Shown: positions 21,408-31,300, counted from the stretch's first letter. The stretch is 64,000 nt of DNA from an uncultured Acidimicrobiaceae bacterium (GCA_963827775.1 CAWHCI010000006.1:335052-399051), one strand, 5' to 3'. Numbers and translations are program-made. Notes: a model not told the origin generated them from the letters alone.

Positions 21408-22283
21408 TCAGGGTGGGCTGCAACCAGCGATCAGCACGGCACCCGGCACGACGTCGAGTCTGATCGGCAGCGGTCCGAGCACTTCGCCGTCGGCCCAGAC
21501 ATCGATGTCCGAGGGCCCATCGATGGTGGCCCACGATCCGGCGGCCGTGCTCACCTCGGGTCGGTCGACGTGACGCCCCCGGAACACGGTCGGGAACACG
21601 CGAACGAACGTGCGGCGCGGCACGTCACCGATGCTGACCGCCTGCAGCTGCCCGTCGCCGGGGCGAGCGTCCGGGCAGATGCGCATCCCACCACCGAAGA
21701 AGGCGGTGTTGCCGATCGCGAGCAGCGTGGTGGCGCCACCGAACGGCCGACCGCCCACGTCGACGGTCACCGGGAGCGTTCGCAGCCGCGGAAGCTGCAG
21801 CATCGTCGCGACGGTGTAACGAGACGGCCCCCGAGGCCAGGAGAGCGCATTGGCGCGGGCGGTGACGTCCCCGCTGAATCCCAAGGTGGCCACGGATGCC
21901 ACCCACCCGTGATCGGTGCGAATCGCGTCGACCGGCACGCCGTCGGCCAGCCCCCGTTCCACCTGCTCGGCGACGGTTCCACCGACCAGCCCGAGCGCGC
22001 GGGCGAAGTCGTTGCCGGTGCCCAGGGGCACCACGCCGAGCACCGTCTCCGACTCGGCGACGGCGTTGACGGCGATGTGCACCACGCCGTCGCCGCCGAC
22101 CGCGATCAGCCGTGAGGCACCATCGTCGACGACTCGAACGGCCGCGGCACGCGCGTCGGCCACGGTGGTCGCTTCGATCACTGCGGCCTCGACGCCACGC
22201 CGCGACAACTCCTGGACGACCTCGTCGAGTTGCGCCTGCCCGCCGCGAGCGGCCGGGTTGCCGAGCACGTGCACTGGACCCAT
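21408..22283 (-). CDS. Diacylglycerol/lipid kinase family protein
   Basis: NPAARGG, GGDG, PLGTGNDFARALG, GNTAFFGGGM, ADGE. Confidence 0.92.
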   Translation of the reverse strand: MGPVHVLGNPAARGGQAQLDEVVQELSRRGVEAAVIEATTVADARAAAVRVVDDGASRLIAVGGDGVVHIAVNAVAESETVLGVVPLGTGNDFARALGLVGGTVAEQVERGLADGVPVDAIRTDHGWVASVATLGFSGDVTARANALSWPRGPSRYTVATMLQLPRLRTLPVTVDVGGRPFGGATTLLAIGNTAFFGGGMRICPDARPGDGQLQAVSIGDVPRRTFVRVFPTVFRGRHVDRPEVSTAAGSWATIDGPSDIDVWADGEVLGPLPIRLDVVPGAVLIAGCSPP

Positions 22284-22410
22284 CGTCGGAACGGTACGCG
22301 GCGACGACCCGCAGCGGGTTCATCGCACCGACCCGGCAGGTCGTGTGCGCGTCGACGAACGGCGCTCCGGCGAACCAACTCGGGATCAGGACGAGCCGAC
22401 GTGCGTCACA

Positions 22411-23740
22411 TCACCGACGGGTGATCGTCACCGGCAGGTGGGTGTAGCCGTGCACGAACGACGAGAACGTGCGTGTCGGCTCGCCGACGACCTCGATCCG
22501 TTCGAAACGATCCAGGATCTCCTCCCACAGGATCCGCAGCTGCATCTCGGCCAGCCGGCTGCCCATGCACCGGTGGATGCCGAAGCCGAACGAGAGGTGC
22601 TGGTCGGCGTTGTCGCCGCTCGATGTCGACCACGTTCGCGTTGTCGAAGACGTCCTCGTCGCGGTTCGCCGAGAGGTACCACATGAGCAGCTGGTCGTCC
22701 TTCAGGATCTGCTTGCCGCCGACCTCGCAGTCGCGGGTGGCGGTGCGGCGCATGTACGACAACGGCGTCTGCCAGCGGATGATCTCCTGCACCATGTTGC
22801 GCATCAGGCCGGGATCGGCGATCAGCTTGTCGTACTGCTCGGGGAACGTGTTGAGCCCGTAGACGCTGCCCGACATCGTGTTGCGGGTCGTGTCGTTGCC
22901 GCCGACGATCAGCAGCAGGAGGTTGCCGAGGTGCTGCATCGCCGACATGTCCTTGGTGGCTTCACCGTGCACGAGCATCGACACCAGGTCGTGGCCCGGG
23001 TTCTCACGACGCTCCTCCCAGAGGCGCGAGAAGTACTGGACGCACTCCAAGAGCTCGTCCCGCCGCTGCTCGTGCGATTCGACGACGCCGCCCGGCTCGG
23101 GGATCGCGAACACGATGTCGGACCAGCGGGTCAGCTTGCGACGGTCGTCGAACGGGAAGTCGAAGAGGGTGGCGAGCAGTCGGGTGGTCAGCTCGACCGA
23201 CACCGTGTCGACCCAGTCGAACGTCTCGCCCTCCGGCAGCGACTCGAGCACCTCGACGGTTCGCTCACGAATGAGCGGTTCGACGTTCTGGAGGTTCTTC
23301 GGCTGCACCGAAGGCGTCACGGTCCGTCGCTGCTCACGGTGCTCGGGCGGGTCCATCGCGATGAACGTCATGATGCGCTCGTCGTCGGGCGGCAACTGAT
23401 CGACCGGAATTCCCAGCGTGATGCCGCTGGCCGACGAGAATGTCTCCCAATCGCACTCGACGGTCTTGATGTCGTCGTACTTGGTGACCGACCAGTACCG
23501 ACCGGCGGTCTCGATCTCGTTGAAGTGGACCGGGTCCTCGCGACGGAGTCGTTCGAAGTGGCTCTGCCACCGGTTTTCCTCGAACAGGTGGGCATTGAGC
23601 GGGTTGATCTCCTCGATCGAGAGCTCACTGGCATCGGGGACGCCCGCGCCGATCTCGGCCATCTCCTGCTCGGGGGTCTTGAAGCCGGGGGGCGGGACGG
23701 GGATGTCGCTGGCCCGGGTGGTCTTCGCGGTGTCGGTCAT
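22411..23740 (-). CDS. Cytochrome P450, CYP153-like paralog (frameshift near 22615)
   Basis: Same motifs as 20006-21325; [13 protein letters not shown] and C-terminus LPVTITRR are in the shifted frame, ending at 22411. Confidence 0.92.
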
Positions 23741-24408
23741 GTTCGTTGCTCCTGGTCGAGGTCGGTTCGGTCGGTGGTCGGTGAGCTGGTGTCGGCCGGG
23801 GTGACTGCGCCGGCCAGTCGGAGCGGGTCGAGTTCGAGGAGGAGGTCGACGACCTCGTCACGACCCGCGCGCGTCGGATCGTCGGCCCACCATGCGATGA
23901 CGCGGACGAGCACTGCGGCGCGCGCCTGCGCGGCGGCGCCGGCGTGCAGCGTGACCCCGCGCTCGCGGAACCGCCGCTCGTACGTCGGTTCGAGCCGGCT
24001 CGCGATCTGGTCCTGGATGCGCTCCGCGTAGCCCGAGTTCTCGCCACGGTCGAACACCGCTCGGACGAGATCGCGGCGACGTTCGACCACCGCGACCATA
24101 CCGTCGATCTCGGTACGACGGTCGCTCTCGGTCCGTGGTGCGAGGTGGTCGGGGTGGAACTGGGCGCGGATCTCGTCGAGGGCCTCGTCGACGAGCACGT
24201 CGAAGAGTGCGTGCTTGTCGTCGAAGTGCAGGTAGAAGGTGCCGGTCGCCACGCCGGCCCGGCGGGCGATCGCCGTGCTCGTCACCTCGGCCGGGCTGCG
24301 CTCGGCGAAGAGCTCCGTGCCGGCGTCGAGCAGCTTGCGATGCGTCGCCTGCCGCCGTGCCGTGTGCCCACTGACGGGCCGTTCCGGAGAGGTGAGCGTT
24401 TGTGACAT
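23737..24408 (-). CDS. TetR/AcrR-family regulator
   Basis: HTH AIARRAGVATGTFYLHFDDK; ATGA overlap with the P450 start. Confidence 0.92.
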   Translation of the reverse strand: MSQTLTSPERPVSGHTARRQATHRKLLDAGTELFAERSPAEVTSTAIARRAGVATGTFYLHFDDKHALFDVLVDEALDEIRAQFHPDHLAPRTESDRRTEIDGMVAVVERRRDLVRAVFDRGENSGYAERIQDQIASRLEPTYERRFRERGVTLHAGAAAQARAAVLVRVIAWWADDPTRAGRDEVVDLLLELDPLRLAGAVTPADTSSPTTDRTDLDQEQRT

Positions 24409-24424
24409 GAACTTCAGTTCATGT
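24405..24424. promoter_or_regulatory. Palindromic operator over the TetR start codon
   Basis: ACATGAACT-TC-AGTTCATGT, perfect 9-bp arms. Confidence 0.7.
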
Positions 24425-24596
24425 TTCCACGCGCCGGACGACCCCGCAAGCTCCGGCACGACCGAGAACACCGCGACGTTCGCATCGACGTGACGCCCGG
24501 CCGATCACAGCTCCGCTCTCCCGCTCGGAATTCGGTCCGTGCCCTCGTCGTCGGGCTCTACGGTCTGGACACCTCGACCCCGCCATGGAGGCACGC

Positions 24597-25079
24597 ATGC
24601 GACCATCACTGATCCCCGTGCTCACTGCAGCGCTCCTGCTCTCGGCGTGCGGCGGCAGCGACGAGTCGGGAGAAGCGCCGTCCGAGTCGGTTGCCGCCGA
24701 CGAGTCGGCCGGCGACTCCGCTCGGACCGACGGTGCCGACGGCGCGGTCGACACCGACCCGTTTCCGGCCATCTCGGCATTGGCCAATCTTCCCCACGGC
24801 GTCGGACCGGTCGGAGTGGAGGGCGAGTGCTCGTCCGTGGCCGGCTCGTATCGCTTCTCGTCCACGGGCGACGATCGCTTCGACATCGTGATCCTGGACG
24901 GGTCGCCGCCGACGGCCGAGTCGGCACAGGCCGTGCTCGGTTCGAGCGTGTACACCTTCGTGTCGATCGACACCGTCGAGGCGGACGCCGACAGGTACTA
25001 CATCTCCGGCACGGGCTCCGAGGTCGGCCGCGAGGACGAGGCCGGGCCGATGACCTTCACGATCCTCTGTCGGAGTTGA
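24597..25079 (+). CDS. Hypothetical lipoprotein
   Basis: Signal peptide with lipobox LLSAC. Confidence 0.7.
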   Translation: MRPSLIPVLTAALLLSACGGSDESGEAPSESVAADESAGDSARTDGADGAVDTDPFPAISALANLPHGVGPVGVEGECSSVAGSYRFSSTGDDRFDIVILDGSPPTAESAQAVLGSSVYTFVSIDTVEADADRYYISGTGSEVGREDEAGPMTFTILCRS

Positions 25080-25149
25080 GTCGGCCTCGGAGACTGGGGC
25101 GGGCAACGACCGGCACCAGCTGCGCGGTGCACCGGGTGCCGCCGGTCGC

Positions 25150-25725
25150 CTACGGGCGCCGGCCCATGAGGTCGAGGTACCTCGTCTGGAGCGGTGCGTC
25201 GTCGCCCAGGGCCCCTGACGCACCTTCACCGAACATCCCGGTCGCGGCGATCATGTCGCGTTGGGGCTGTGCGTCGTCCCACAGGAACTGCACGAGTTCC
25301 ACGTCGAGTGTCTCGTCGGCACCGATCGCTCGGGCGAGGTCCCACGCATGGCATGCGCCGTCCGCGACCCGAAAGCCACAGAACATCTGGCGCGGAAAGT
25401 CCCCGGCCGGATGCTCGACCATTCCGTCCAGCCCGCCGGAACCGGAGAATCCAGCGACCATCTGATCGGCCAGCTCGACGAAATCGGCGACCGGGTCGGT
25501 CGCGCCCGCCATCAGGTCGTCATCGAGGTGAGAGATCACCTCGGTGCGCGGCATGCCGGAGAGAACGTGGACCGACATGCGGGTTCCGAGCAGCACGTGA
25601 TTGACCAGTGCGCGAACGTCCCAGTCGGGACAGGGCGTGGGAAGCTGCCACTGGTCGGAGGTGATCTGACGAAGCCTCGACTCGAACTCGGCGTTCGCCG
25701 ACGTCAACGCTGCAACCGGTTCCAC
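25150..25725 (-). CDS. TIGR03086/MDMPI-like DinB-superfamily metal-binding protein
   Basis: PTPCPDWDVRALVNH, HAWDLARA, LDLMGRRP. Confidence 0.88.
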   Translation of the reverse strand: MEPVAALTSANAEFESRLRQITSDQWQLPTPCPDWDVRALVNHVLLGTRMSVHVLSGMPRTEVISHLDDDLMAGATDPVADFVELADQMVAGFSGSGGLDGMVEHPAGDFPRQMFCGFRVADGACHAWDLARAIGADETLDVELVQFLWDDAQPQRDMIAATGMFGEGASGALGDDAPLQTRYLDLMGRRP

Positions 25726-25771
25726 TCCGGCAGCCTTCAGCAGTGGGGGGCAGTCGTCAAGAACGAACCGG

Positions 25772-26539
25772 TCAGAACTTGCCGTTGTCGTTGTTCCACT
25801 CCGAGCGTGGCGGGATCGCCTCGAACGAGTCCCAGTGCTCCACGATCTGGCCGTCGGCGAGCCGAACGAGGTCGTAGAGGGCCGAGTGAGCCCCGTCGAC
25901 GGTGCCTTCGGCGGCACAGAGCACGAAGTTGCCTTCGGCGAGCACCCGATGCACGCGCCGGTAGCCGATCGTCGGTTCACCGGTGGACGTCACCTCCGAC
26001 AGCGCTGAACGCAGAGCCGCCAGGCCGTCGGACCGGCCGGGGTCGTGTTCGATGACGTCGGCGCTGACGTAGTGTCCGAGCCGGTCGAGCGAGCGGTCGA
26101 CGAGCACCTCGTCGGCGAACGACCGCACGAGTGAGCGGTTGGCTTCGGTGAGGTCGAGATCGGTGATCTCGGTGGACCCGTCGAGCATCGTGTGCCCCGA
26201 GGGATTCGGTTCGTCGTGCAGGTGCTGGAGGTTGTCCCAGTGTTCGACCGCGAACCCGTCCTCGAACCGGAACACCTCGAACCCGGCCACGATGTCCGCG
26301 AAGTCGTACTCGACGTGGCCGAAGACGTAGTCGCCGTCTTCGAAGATCCGATGGACGACGACCCGGGGCGAGGTCAGCGAGAGCCGCTTGAACAACTCCG
26401 CGAGGCCCTCACTGCCCTCGCGGGTCATCGGGTTGTGCTGAACGTACTTCGCCTCGTTCACGACCACGACCGACTCGGGGTCGCCCGACTCGATCCCTTT
26501 CAGCAGCTTCCGGATCCCGTCCCGTCTGGTCGAGTGCAT
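25772..26539 (-). CDS. Tandem SnoaL-like/NTF2-family protein
   Basis: YVQHNP, EDGDYVFGH, FRFEDGFAVEHWD; second domain AEGNFVL, DLVRLADGQIVEHWD. Confidence 0.88.
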   Translation of the reverse strand: MHSTRRDGIRKLLKGIESGDPESVVVVNEAKYVQHNPMTREGSEGLAELFKRLSLTSPRVVVHRIFEDGDYVFGHVEYDFADIVAGFEVFRFEDGFAVEHWDNLQHLHDEPNPSGHTMLDGSTEITDLDLTEANRSLVRSFADEVLVDRSLDRLGHYVSADVIEHDPGRSDGLAALRSALSEVTSTGEPTIGYRRVHRVLAEGNFVLCAAEGTVDGAHSALYDLVRLADGQIVEHWDSFEAIPPRSEWNNDNGKF

Positions 26540-26541
26540 CG

Positions 26542-26622
26542 TCACCGAGCCTTCACGTCGAACTGCTCGGCCCGGTCGACATCGGCGACGGGCACGGGCA
26601 CGAGTTCGAGCCGCATGTCCAT
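26542..26622 (-). pseudogene. VOC/glyoxalase N-terminal remnant (26 aa)
   Basis: MDMRLELVPVPVADVDRAEQF resembles actinobacterial VOC N-termini, then stops. Confidence 0.6.
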
Positions 26623-26631
26623 CTCGACACG

Positions 26632-28251
26632 CTACGACAGGTCGATGCCGCGGTAGCCGTCGGCTGCGATCTCGTCGACCCTGTCCCGATAGCGGGGTGC
26701 GCCACCGAAGTACGCCTGGTAGCGGACCTGACCCTCCTGGTGCCCCGCCACGTTGGAGTTGTAGCCGGTGAACCAACCCTTGCTGCGACGGAACAGCAGC
26801 CGTTCGTGGGCACGAACGACCTCGTCGACCCACTCCTGCTCGGCGTCGGACTCGGCCTCCACCCGGCGGTGGCCGCGCTCGGCGGCGTGTTCGATGAGGT
26901 CCGTCACCCAGTCGACGCCGGTCTCGATCGCACGCGGGAAGTTCGTCGATCCCGACACGCTCTGTGGGCCGGCCACCATGAACAGGTTCGGGAACCCACG
27001 GGTCAGGACCCCGACGTACGTGCCGGGCCCATCCCGCCATGTCTCGGCCAGGGTGGTGCCGTCGACCCCGCGGATGTCGATCCGGTCGTAGGCGCCGGTG
27101 ATGGCGTCGAACCCGGTTGCGTACACGATCACGTCGAGTTCGTGGTGCGCGCCCGTCGTCTGGATGCCGGTCGAGGTGATCCGCTCGATCGGCGTGTCCG
27201 ACAGGTCGACGAGCTCGACGTTGTCCCGGTTGTAGGCCTCGAAGTAGTTCGTCTCGAGCGGCAGACGCTGCAGGCCGAAGCCGTGGTCACGGGGGATCAG
27301 CTTCTCGGCCACGGCCGGATCGTCGACCCGCGCGCGGATGCGGTCGGCGATGTAGTCGGAGAGCTCCGCGTTGGCCTCCTCGTCGAAGAAGATCTCGCCG
27401 AAGTTGGCGACGAGGATCGCGAACCCGGGGCTGTCGTAGAGCTCATCCCAGATCGCACGCCGTTCCTCGGCCGTGTGAGTCCCAGAAGCCCCGCCGGTCG
27501 GGCACGTGCTCGAACCCGCCGGGCGAGGCTGCGCAGTTGGCGAAGATCTCGTCGTAGCGATCGCGGATCTCTGCCATCTCGTCTTCGGAGATCGGGCCGT
27601 TGTTGAGCGGGTGCGCTCCAGTTCGGCCGCCGCTGGAACACGGTCAGTTCGCCGACCTGGTCCGCGATCTCGGCGATGACCTGGATGCCGGTGGCGCCGG
27701 TGCCGATCACTGCCGACGCGCTGGCCGGCGAGCTCGACGGGCTCCGTCGGCCAGTGGAAGGTGTGGAAGGACTCCCCTGCGAAGTCGTCCATGCCCTCGT
27801 AGCTGCGGCAGCGTCGGCGTGGAGAGCGGGCCGAGGCCGTGATGACGAACCGGGCAGCGTACGTGTCGCCGTCGGCGAGTGTGAGATGCCAGACACACTC
27901 GTCCTCGTCCCACGTCATCCGCTCGACCCGTGCGTCGAACCGCATGTGTCGTCGCAGATCGAACTTGTCGGCGACGTAGTTCAGGTAGCGCAGGTTCTCG
28001 GGCTGCGACGAGAAACGCTCCTTCCAGTGCCACTCGTCGAGCAGCTCCTTCGAGAACGAGTAGCCGTAGGTGTAGCTCTCGGAGTCGAACCGGCAGCCCG
28101 GGTACCGGTTCCGGTACCACGTGCCACCGAGGTCGTCGTCGGCTTCGAGCACGATCGCGTCGACGCCGAGATCGACGAGCCGCTTGATCTGGTAGATGCC
28201 GGACACGCCGGCACCGATCACCACTACGTCGTGCCGTCGCGGTTCACCCAT
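26632..28251 (-). CDS. Baeyer-Villiger/flavin-containing monooxygenase (compensating frameshifts at about 27480-27840)
   Basis: GAGVSG, GGTWYRNRYPGCRFD, BVMO fingerprint FAGESFHTFHWP, GTGATGIQ (alternate frame), ATGFDA. Confidence 0.92.
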   Translation of the reverse strand: MGEPRRHDVVVIGAGVSGIYQIKRLVDLGVDAIVLEADDDLGGTWYRNRYPGCRFDSESYTYGYSFSKELLDEWHWKERFSSQPENLRYLNYVADKFDLRRHMRFDARVERMTWDEDECVWHLTLADGDTYAARFVITASARSPRRRCRSYEGMDDFAGESFHTFHWPTEPVELAGQRVGSDRHRRHRHPGHRRDRGPGRRTDRVPAAAELERTRSTTARSPKTRWQRSAIATTRSSPTAQPRPAGSSTCPTGGASGTHTAEERRAIWDELYDSPGFAILVANFGEIFFDEEANAELSDYIADRIRARVDDPAVAEKLIPRDHGFGLQRLPLETNYFEAYNRDNVELVDLSDTPIERITSTGIQTTGAHHELDVIVYATGFDAITGAYDRIDIRGVDGTTLAETWRDGPGTYVGVLTRGFPNLFMVAGPQSVSGSTNFPRAIETGVDWVTDLIEHAAERGHRRVEAESDAEQEWVDEVVRAHERLLFRRSKGWFTGYNSNVAGHQEGQVRYQAYFGGAPRYRDRVDEIAADGYRGIDLS

Positions 28252-28283
28252 GTGGGCATCATCGCCGATACGGGCCCTGGGAT

Positions 28284-28625
28284 CTACAACGTGGAGTCGA
28301 CGTCTCGCTCGGCGCCCACGTAGATGAGCGCTCGGAGCGCTTCGGCGGCGCGGGCGTGGAACGCCACGGCGTCGGGGTGCAGGTCGGACTCGGGTGGCTC
28401 ACCGTGCTCGAAGTGCCCGTACTCGTCGACACCACGCACCAGCGCGGCCGTGTCCCGCTCGGTCAGCGTCTGCCGCGTGTCGGTCGGCATGTACTGGATC
28501 GACAGGCCGATCCGCCGATCGTCGGTCGTGTTGGGTCCGGAGCCGTGAGCCGAACGGCCGTGGTGGATCGACGCCTGGCCAGGCTCGAGCGGCATGGCGA
28601 CGGGCGAACCGCTCCGGGCGGACCG
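28284..28625 (-). pseudogene. Phytanoyl-CoA dioxygenase (PhyH)-family C-terminal remnant
   Basis: LEPGQASIHHGRSAHGSGPNTTDDRRIGLSIQY...LVRGVDEYGHF; the N-terminal HxD half is missing. Confidence 0.75.
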
Positions 28626-28642
28626 ACGCTCCGCGCTCGCCA

Positions 28643-28691
28643 CCGTTCGATCGCGAGAGCCGCCGTTCGATCGCGAGAGCCGCCGTTTCGA
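28643..28691. repeat. 20-bp direct repeat CCGTTCGATCGCGAGAGCCG x2 plus a partial copy
   Basis: Exact copies at 28643 and 28663. Confidence 0.9.
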
Positions 28692-28745
28692 AACTCGTAA
28701 GGTGATCTCGGGACTCGATGGGCGAGTCCGCTTGTTCTTCTCTGC

Positions 28746-29696
28746 ATGATGACCGACACATCGACTCCTCCCCAGGCCGGCCACGACGACGACCACGCCC
28801 CCGCCGTCACACCCGAACCCCTCCCCCGCCAACTCCTCCGTCGCATCACACGCCTCGAGATCGTCATCGGCGCGGTGATCGGTGCGGTGATGCTCGCGCT
28901 GGTCGTGATCGAGCCGAACATCCTCGAAGCCCCGTTCGAGAACGAGCAGACCCTCCTCTTCACCGTCGGCGGAACGGCGATCGCTGCCATCGCCTTCGTC
29001 GGCATGCTCTGGCTCCGAGTGCCCGCGATCATCCGTGTGATCGTGCTCGTGGTGCCGTTCGCGGTCGTGAATTGGTGGCTGATCTCGCCGTACTTCATCG
29101 ACGATGTGGTCGACGAACAATTCTCGACCTCGATCTCCGAGCAGCTCGCCACGACCGATGAGGCTCCCGCCACGCCTGCTGCCCAAACTGCGTCCCAGGG
29201 TGAGACCGAGCAGGCACCCGACCCCGGGGCGACCGACGCGCCCGCCGCCGATGAGCCCGTTGCAGAACCGCAACCGGAACCCGCAGCCGAGCAGCCGGCC
29301 AACACTGAGCCGGCCGCCGAGGCCCCCGCAGCGGAGGAACCGCCACCCGCACCCACCGGACCGGTGTTGCTCGGTGCCGGTCAGTTCGTGGGTCTCGCCG
29401 GCCACGACGGAACCGGCGATGCCGGCATCTTCCAGAACCCGGACGGATCGCTGGTGCTGCGCTTCGAGAACTTCGACATCGAGAACGGCCCCGACCTCCG
29501 GGTGTACCTCGTGCCAGGTGCCGACCAGACCTCCCTCCCGGAGGGCTCGATCAGCCTCGGAGCGCTCGAGGGCAACATCGGCGACCAGACGTACGAACTG
29601 CCGCCGGGCACCGAGCTCAACCCGGGTGCGTGGACCGCGCTCGTGTGGTGCGAGGCGTTCAGCGTCGAATTCGTCGGCGCCACGATCGTCGTCTGA
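28746..29696 (+). CDS. Membrane-anchored DM13 domain protein
   Basis: Three N-terminal TM, Pro/Ala/Glu linker, LRFENF...NGPDLRVYL...GNIGDQTYELP...VWCEAFSVEF. Confidence 0.88.
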   Translation: MMTDTSTPPQAGHDDDHAPAVTPEPLPRQLLRRITRLEIVIGAVIGAVMLALVVIEPNILEAPFENEQTLLFTVGGTAIAAIAFVGMLWLRVPAIIRVIVLVVPFAVVNWWLISPYFIDDVVDEQFSTSISEQLATTDEAPATPAAQTASQGETEQAPDPGATDAPAADEPVAEPQPEPAAEQPANTEPAAEAPAAEEPPPAPTGPVLLGAGQFVGLAGHDGTGDAGIFQNPDGSLVLRFENFDIENGPDLRVYLVPGADQTSLPEGSISLGALEGNIGDQTYELPPGTELNPGAWTALVWCEAFSVEFVGATIVV

Positions 29697-29698
29697 GG

Positions 29699-29742
29699 TC
29701 GCGTGGGGATCGGACCGCCGCGCCCGGTCCGACTCCACGCGA
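29699..29742 (+). terminator. Long hairpin after the DM13 gene
   Basis: TCGCGTGGGGATCGGACCG...CGGTCCGACTCCACGCGA. Confidence 0.5.
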
Positions 29743-29930
29743 GCCGCTGAGCGGTCGGCTCGTCAGAATCGACTCTGACCTGTCAGGGCGTTGTCGAATT
29801 GCACAACGACGAACGATTTCCGCACGGATTCCCACACTCCGGAGATCGAGCCGGCACTGCGCACGCCGGGGAAACCGATCTGGTTGAACGGAGCTGCGCC
29901 TCGCGCCATGGCGGTACCCTCACGGCACCC

Positions 29931-30692
29931 ATGCGTCGCGAAGAACTCACCGAGCCCGTCCGCGAATTCGTCAGAGTTCGGCCTCAACTCTACGATCGCA
30001 TTCGTCGGGCCAAGCGCCTGATCCTGGGTGCGTCGCCCGTATCGTTCGACGTGCTCGACGAGTTCTCGCGGGCGCATGATCGCAGCGTCAACTTCATGCA
30101 GATCGGTGCCAACGACGGCCTCCGCAACGATCCGCTGCGTCCGCTCATCGTGCGAGACGATTGGCAGGGCGTGTTGGTCGAGCCGTTACCCACCGTGATT
30201 CCATTGCTGGAGAGGAACTACGCCTACCTGCGACGCCCGGAGCTCGTGTTGCTCAACGCGGCCGCCGTCGCAGCGCCGGCGCCGAACCTGGAGTTCTGCA
30301 CGTTCTCCGAGGAGTTTCTCGGGATGCAGTCCCCGTCCGACCGCCTCGACTACCTCCGCAAGGCCTCCTTCGAGCGGGACCATCTGGTCGGCTTCGTCCC
30401 GTCGGACCGTGATCCAGATCAGGTCCTCGAGTCGATCGAGGTCGACACCGTGCCGCTCACGCAGATCGTGCAGGAGCACCTGCCGCGAGCGCCGCTGCAT
30501 CTCCTCGCGATCGACGCCGAGGGTTTCGAGTCCACTCTCATGCCGGGCATCGACTTCGGCCAGTTCGACGTCGAGGCCGTGTTCTTCGAATCGGAACACC
30601 TCGGCGCGGACCGTGCACGGGTCTTGGAGCATCTCTCGGGGCACGGATTCGCAATCCGGCAGGTCGGTCTCGACACGCTCGCGTCACGCTGA
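29931..30692 (+). CDS. FkbM-family methyltransferase
   Basis: FMQIGANDG, GVLVEP, LLNAA, LLAIDAEG, FFESEH; start uncertain. Confidence 0.85.
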   Translation: MRREELTEPVREFVRVRPQLYDRIRRAKRLILGASPVSFDVLDEFSRAHDRSVNFMQIGANDGLRNDPLRPLIVRDDWQGVLVEPLPTVIPLLERNYAYLRRPELVLLNAAAVAAPAPNLEFCTFSEEFLGMQSPSDRLDYLRKASFERDHLVGFVPSDRDPDQVLESIEVDTVPLTQIVQEHLPRAPLHLLAIDAEGFESTLMPGIDFGQFDVEAVFFESEHLGADRARVLEHLSGHGFAIRQVGLDTLASR

Positions 30693-30765
30693 CGCCCGAC
30701 AGGGTTCCTCAGCCGGCGGGCCGCGAGCGGCGGCCGCTCGTTCAGTGGACGACCGCGACGGGCAG

Positions 30766-30839
30766 TGGGCGCAGAGGGACTCGAACCCCCGACATCTGCC
30801 TTGTAAGGGCAGCGCTCTAACCAGCTGAGCTATGCGCCC
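30766..30839 (-). tRNA. tRNA-Val(TAC), CCA not encoded
   Basis: GGGCGCATAGCTCAGCTGGTTAGAGCGCTGCCCTTACAAGGCAGATGTCGGGGGTTCGAGTCCCTCTGCGCCCA folds as a cloverleaf with anticodon TAC. Confidence 0.97.
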
Positions 30840-30867
30840 GGAGAGGAGCGATGCTATCCGGCGCCCT

Positions 30868-31263
30868 TCACGACGGCAGGGCCGTCTCGTGCAGGGCGAG
30901 CCATCGCCAGCCGCACGGCATCGTGGTGTCGGCGGCGAACACCGCCAGCGACACCCGCTGGTTGCCACGCTCGTCGTGCAGCTGCCACTCCTCGTACCGC
31001 ACGACCTGGACGTCGGCGGTGGCGTGGACCAGTTGCGCATTGCGGATCTCGACGCGAGCGCCGGGAGCCGCACCGTTCGCCGCGTGAAAGCGGTCGAGCA
31101 ACGCCGGTTTCGACTGGGCAGTGCCCGTCGGCGGCACGATCACGAACTCGTCGTCCAGCACGTCGGCGAACTGCTGCCAGCCGGCCTCGTCGGCCGTCGT
31201 GCCCGCCAACCACTCCTCGATGAACACGTGCTGTCGGACCACCTCGTCGATTGCGCTCGGCAT
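30868..31263 (-). CDS. DUF4440/SnoaL-like small protein
   Basis: HVFIEEWLAG, FVIVPPTG, VRYEEWQ, WRWLALHET. Confidence 0.75.
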   Translation of the reverse strand: MPSAIDEVVRQHVFIEEWLAGTTADEAGWQQFADVLDDEFVIVPPTGTAQSKPALLDRFHAANGAAPGARVEIRNAQLVHATADVQVVRYEEWQLHDERGNQRVSLAVFAADTTMPCGWRWLALHETALPS

Positions 31264-31300
31264 GTGATCATCATCGCAGCCCGCCAGAGGCGGCGATGTC

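Noticed and set aside
28284-30839. Integrative element at tRNA-Val
   Set aside because: No integrase and no duplicated tRNA-Val 3' end seen in the window.
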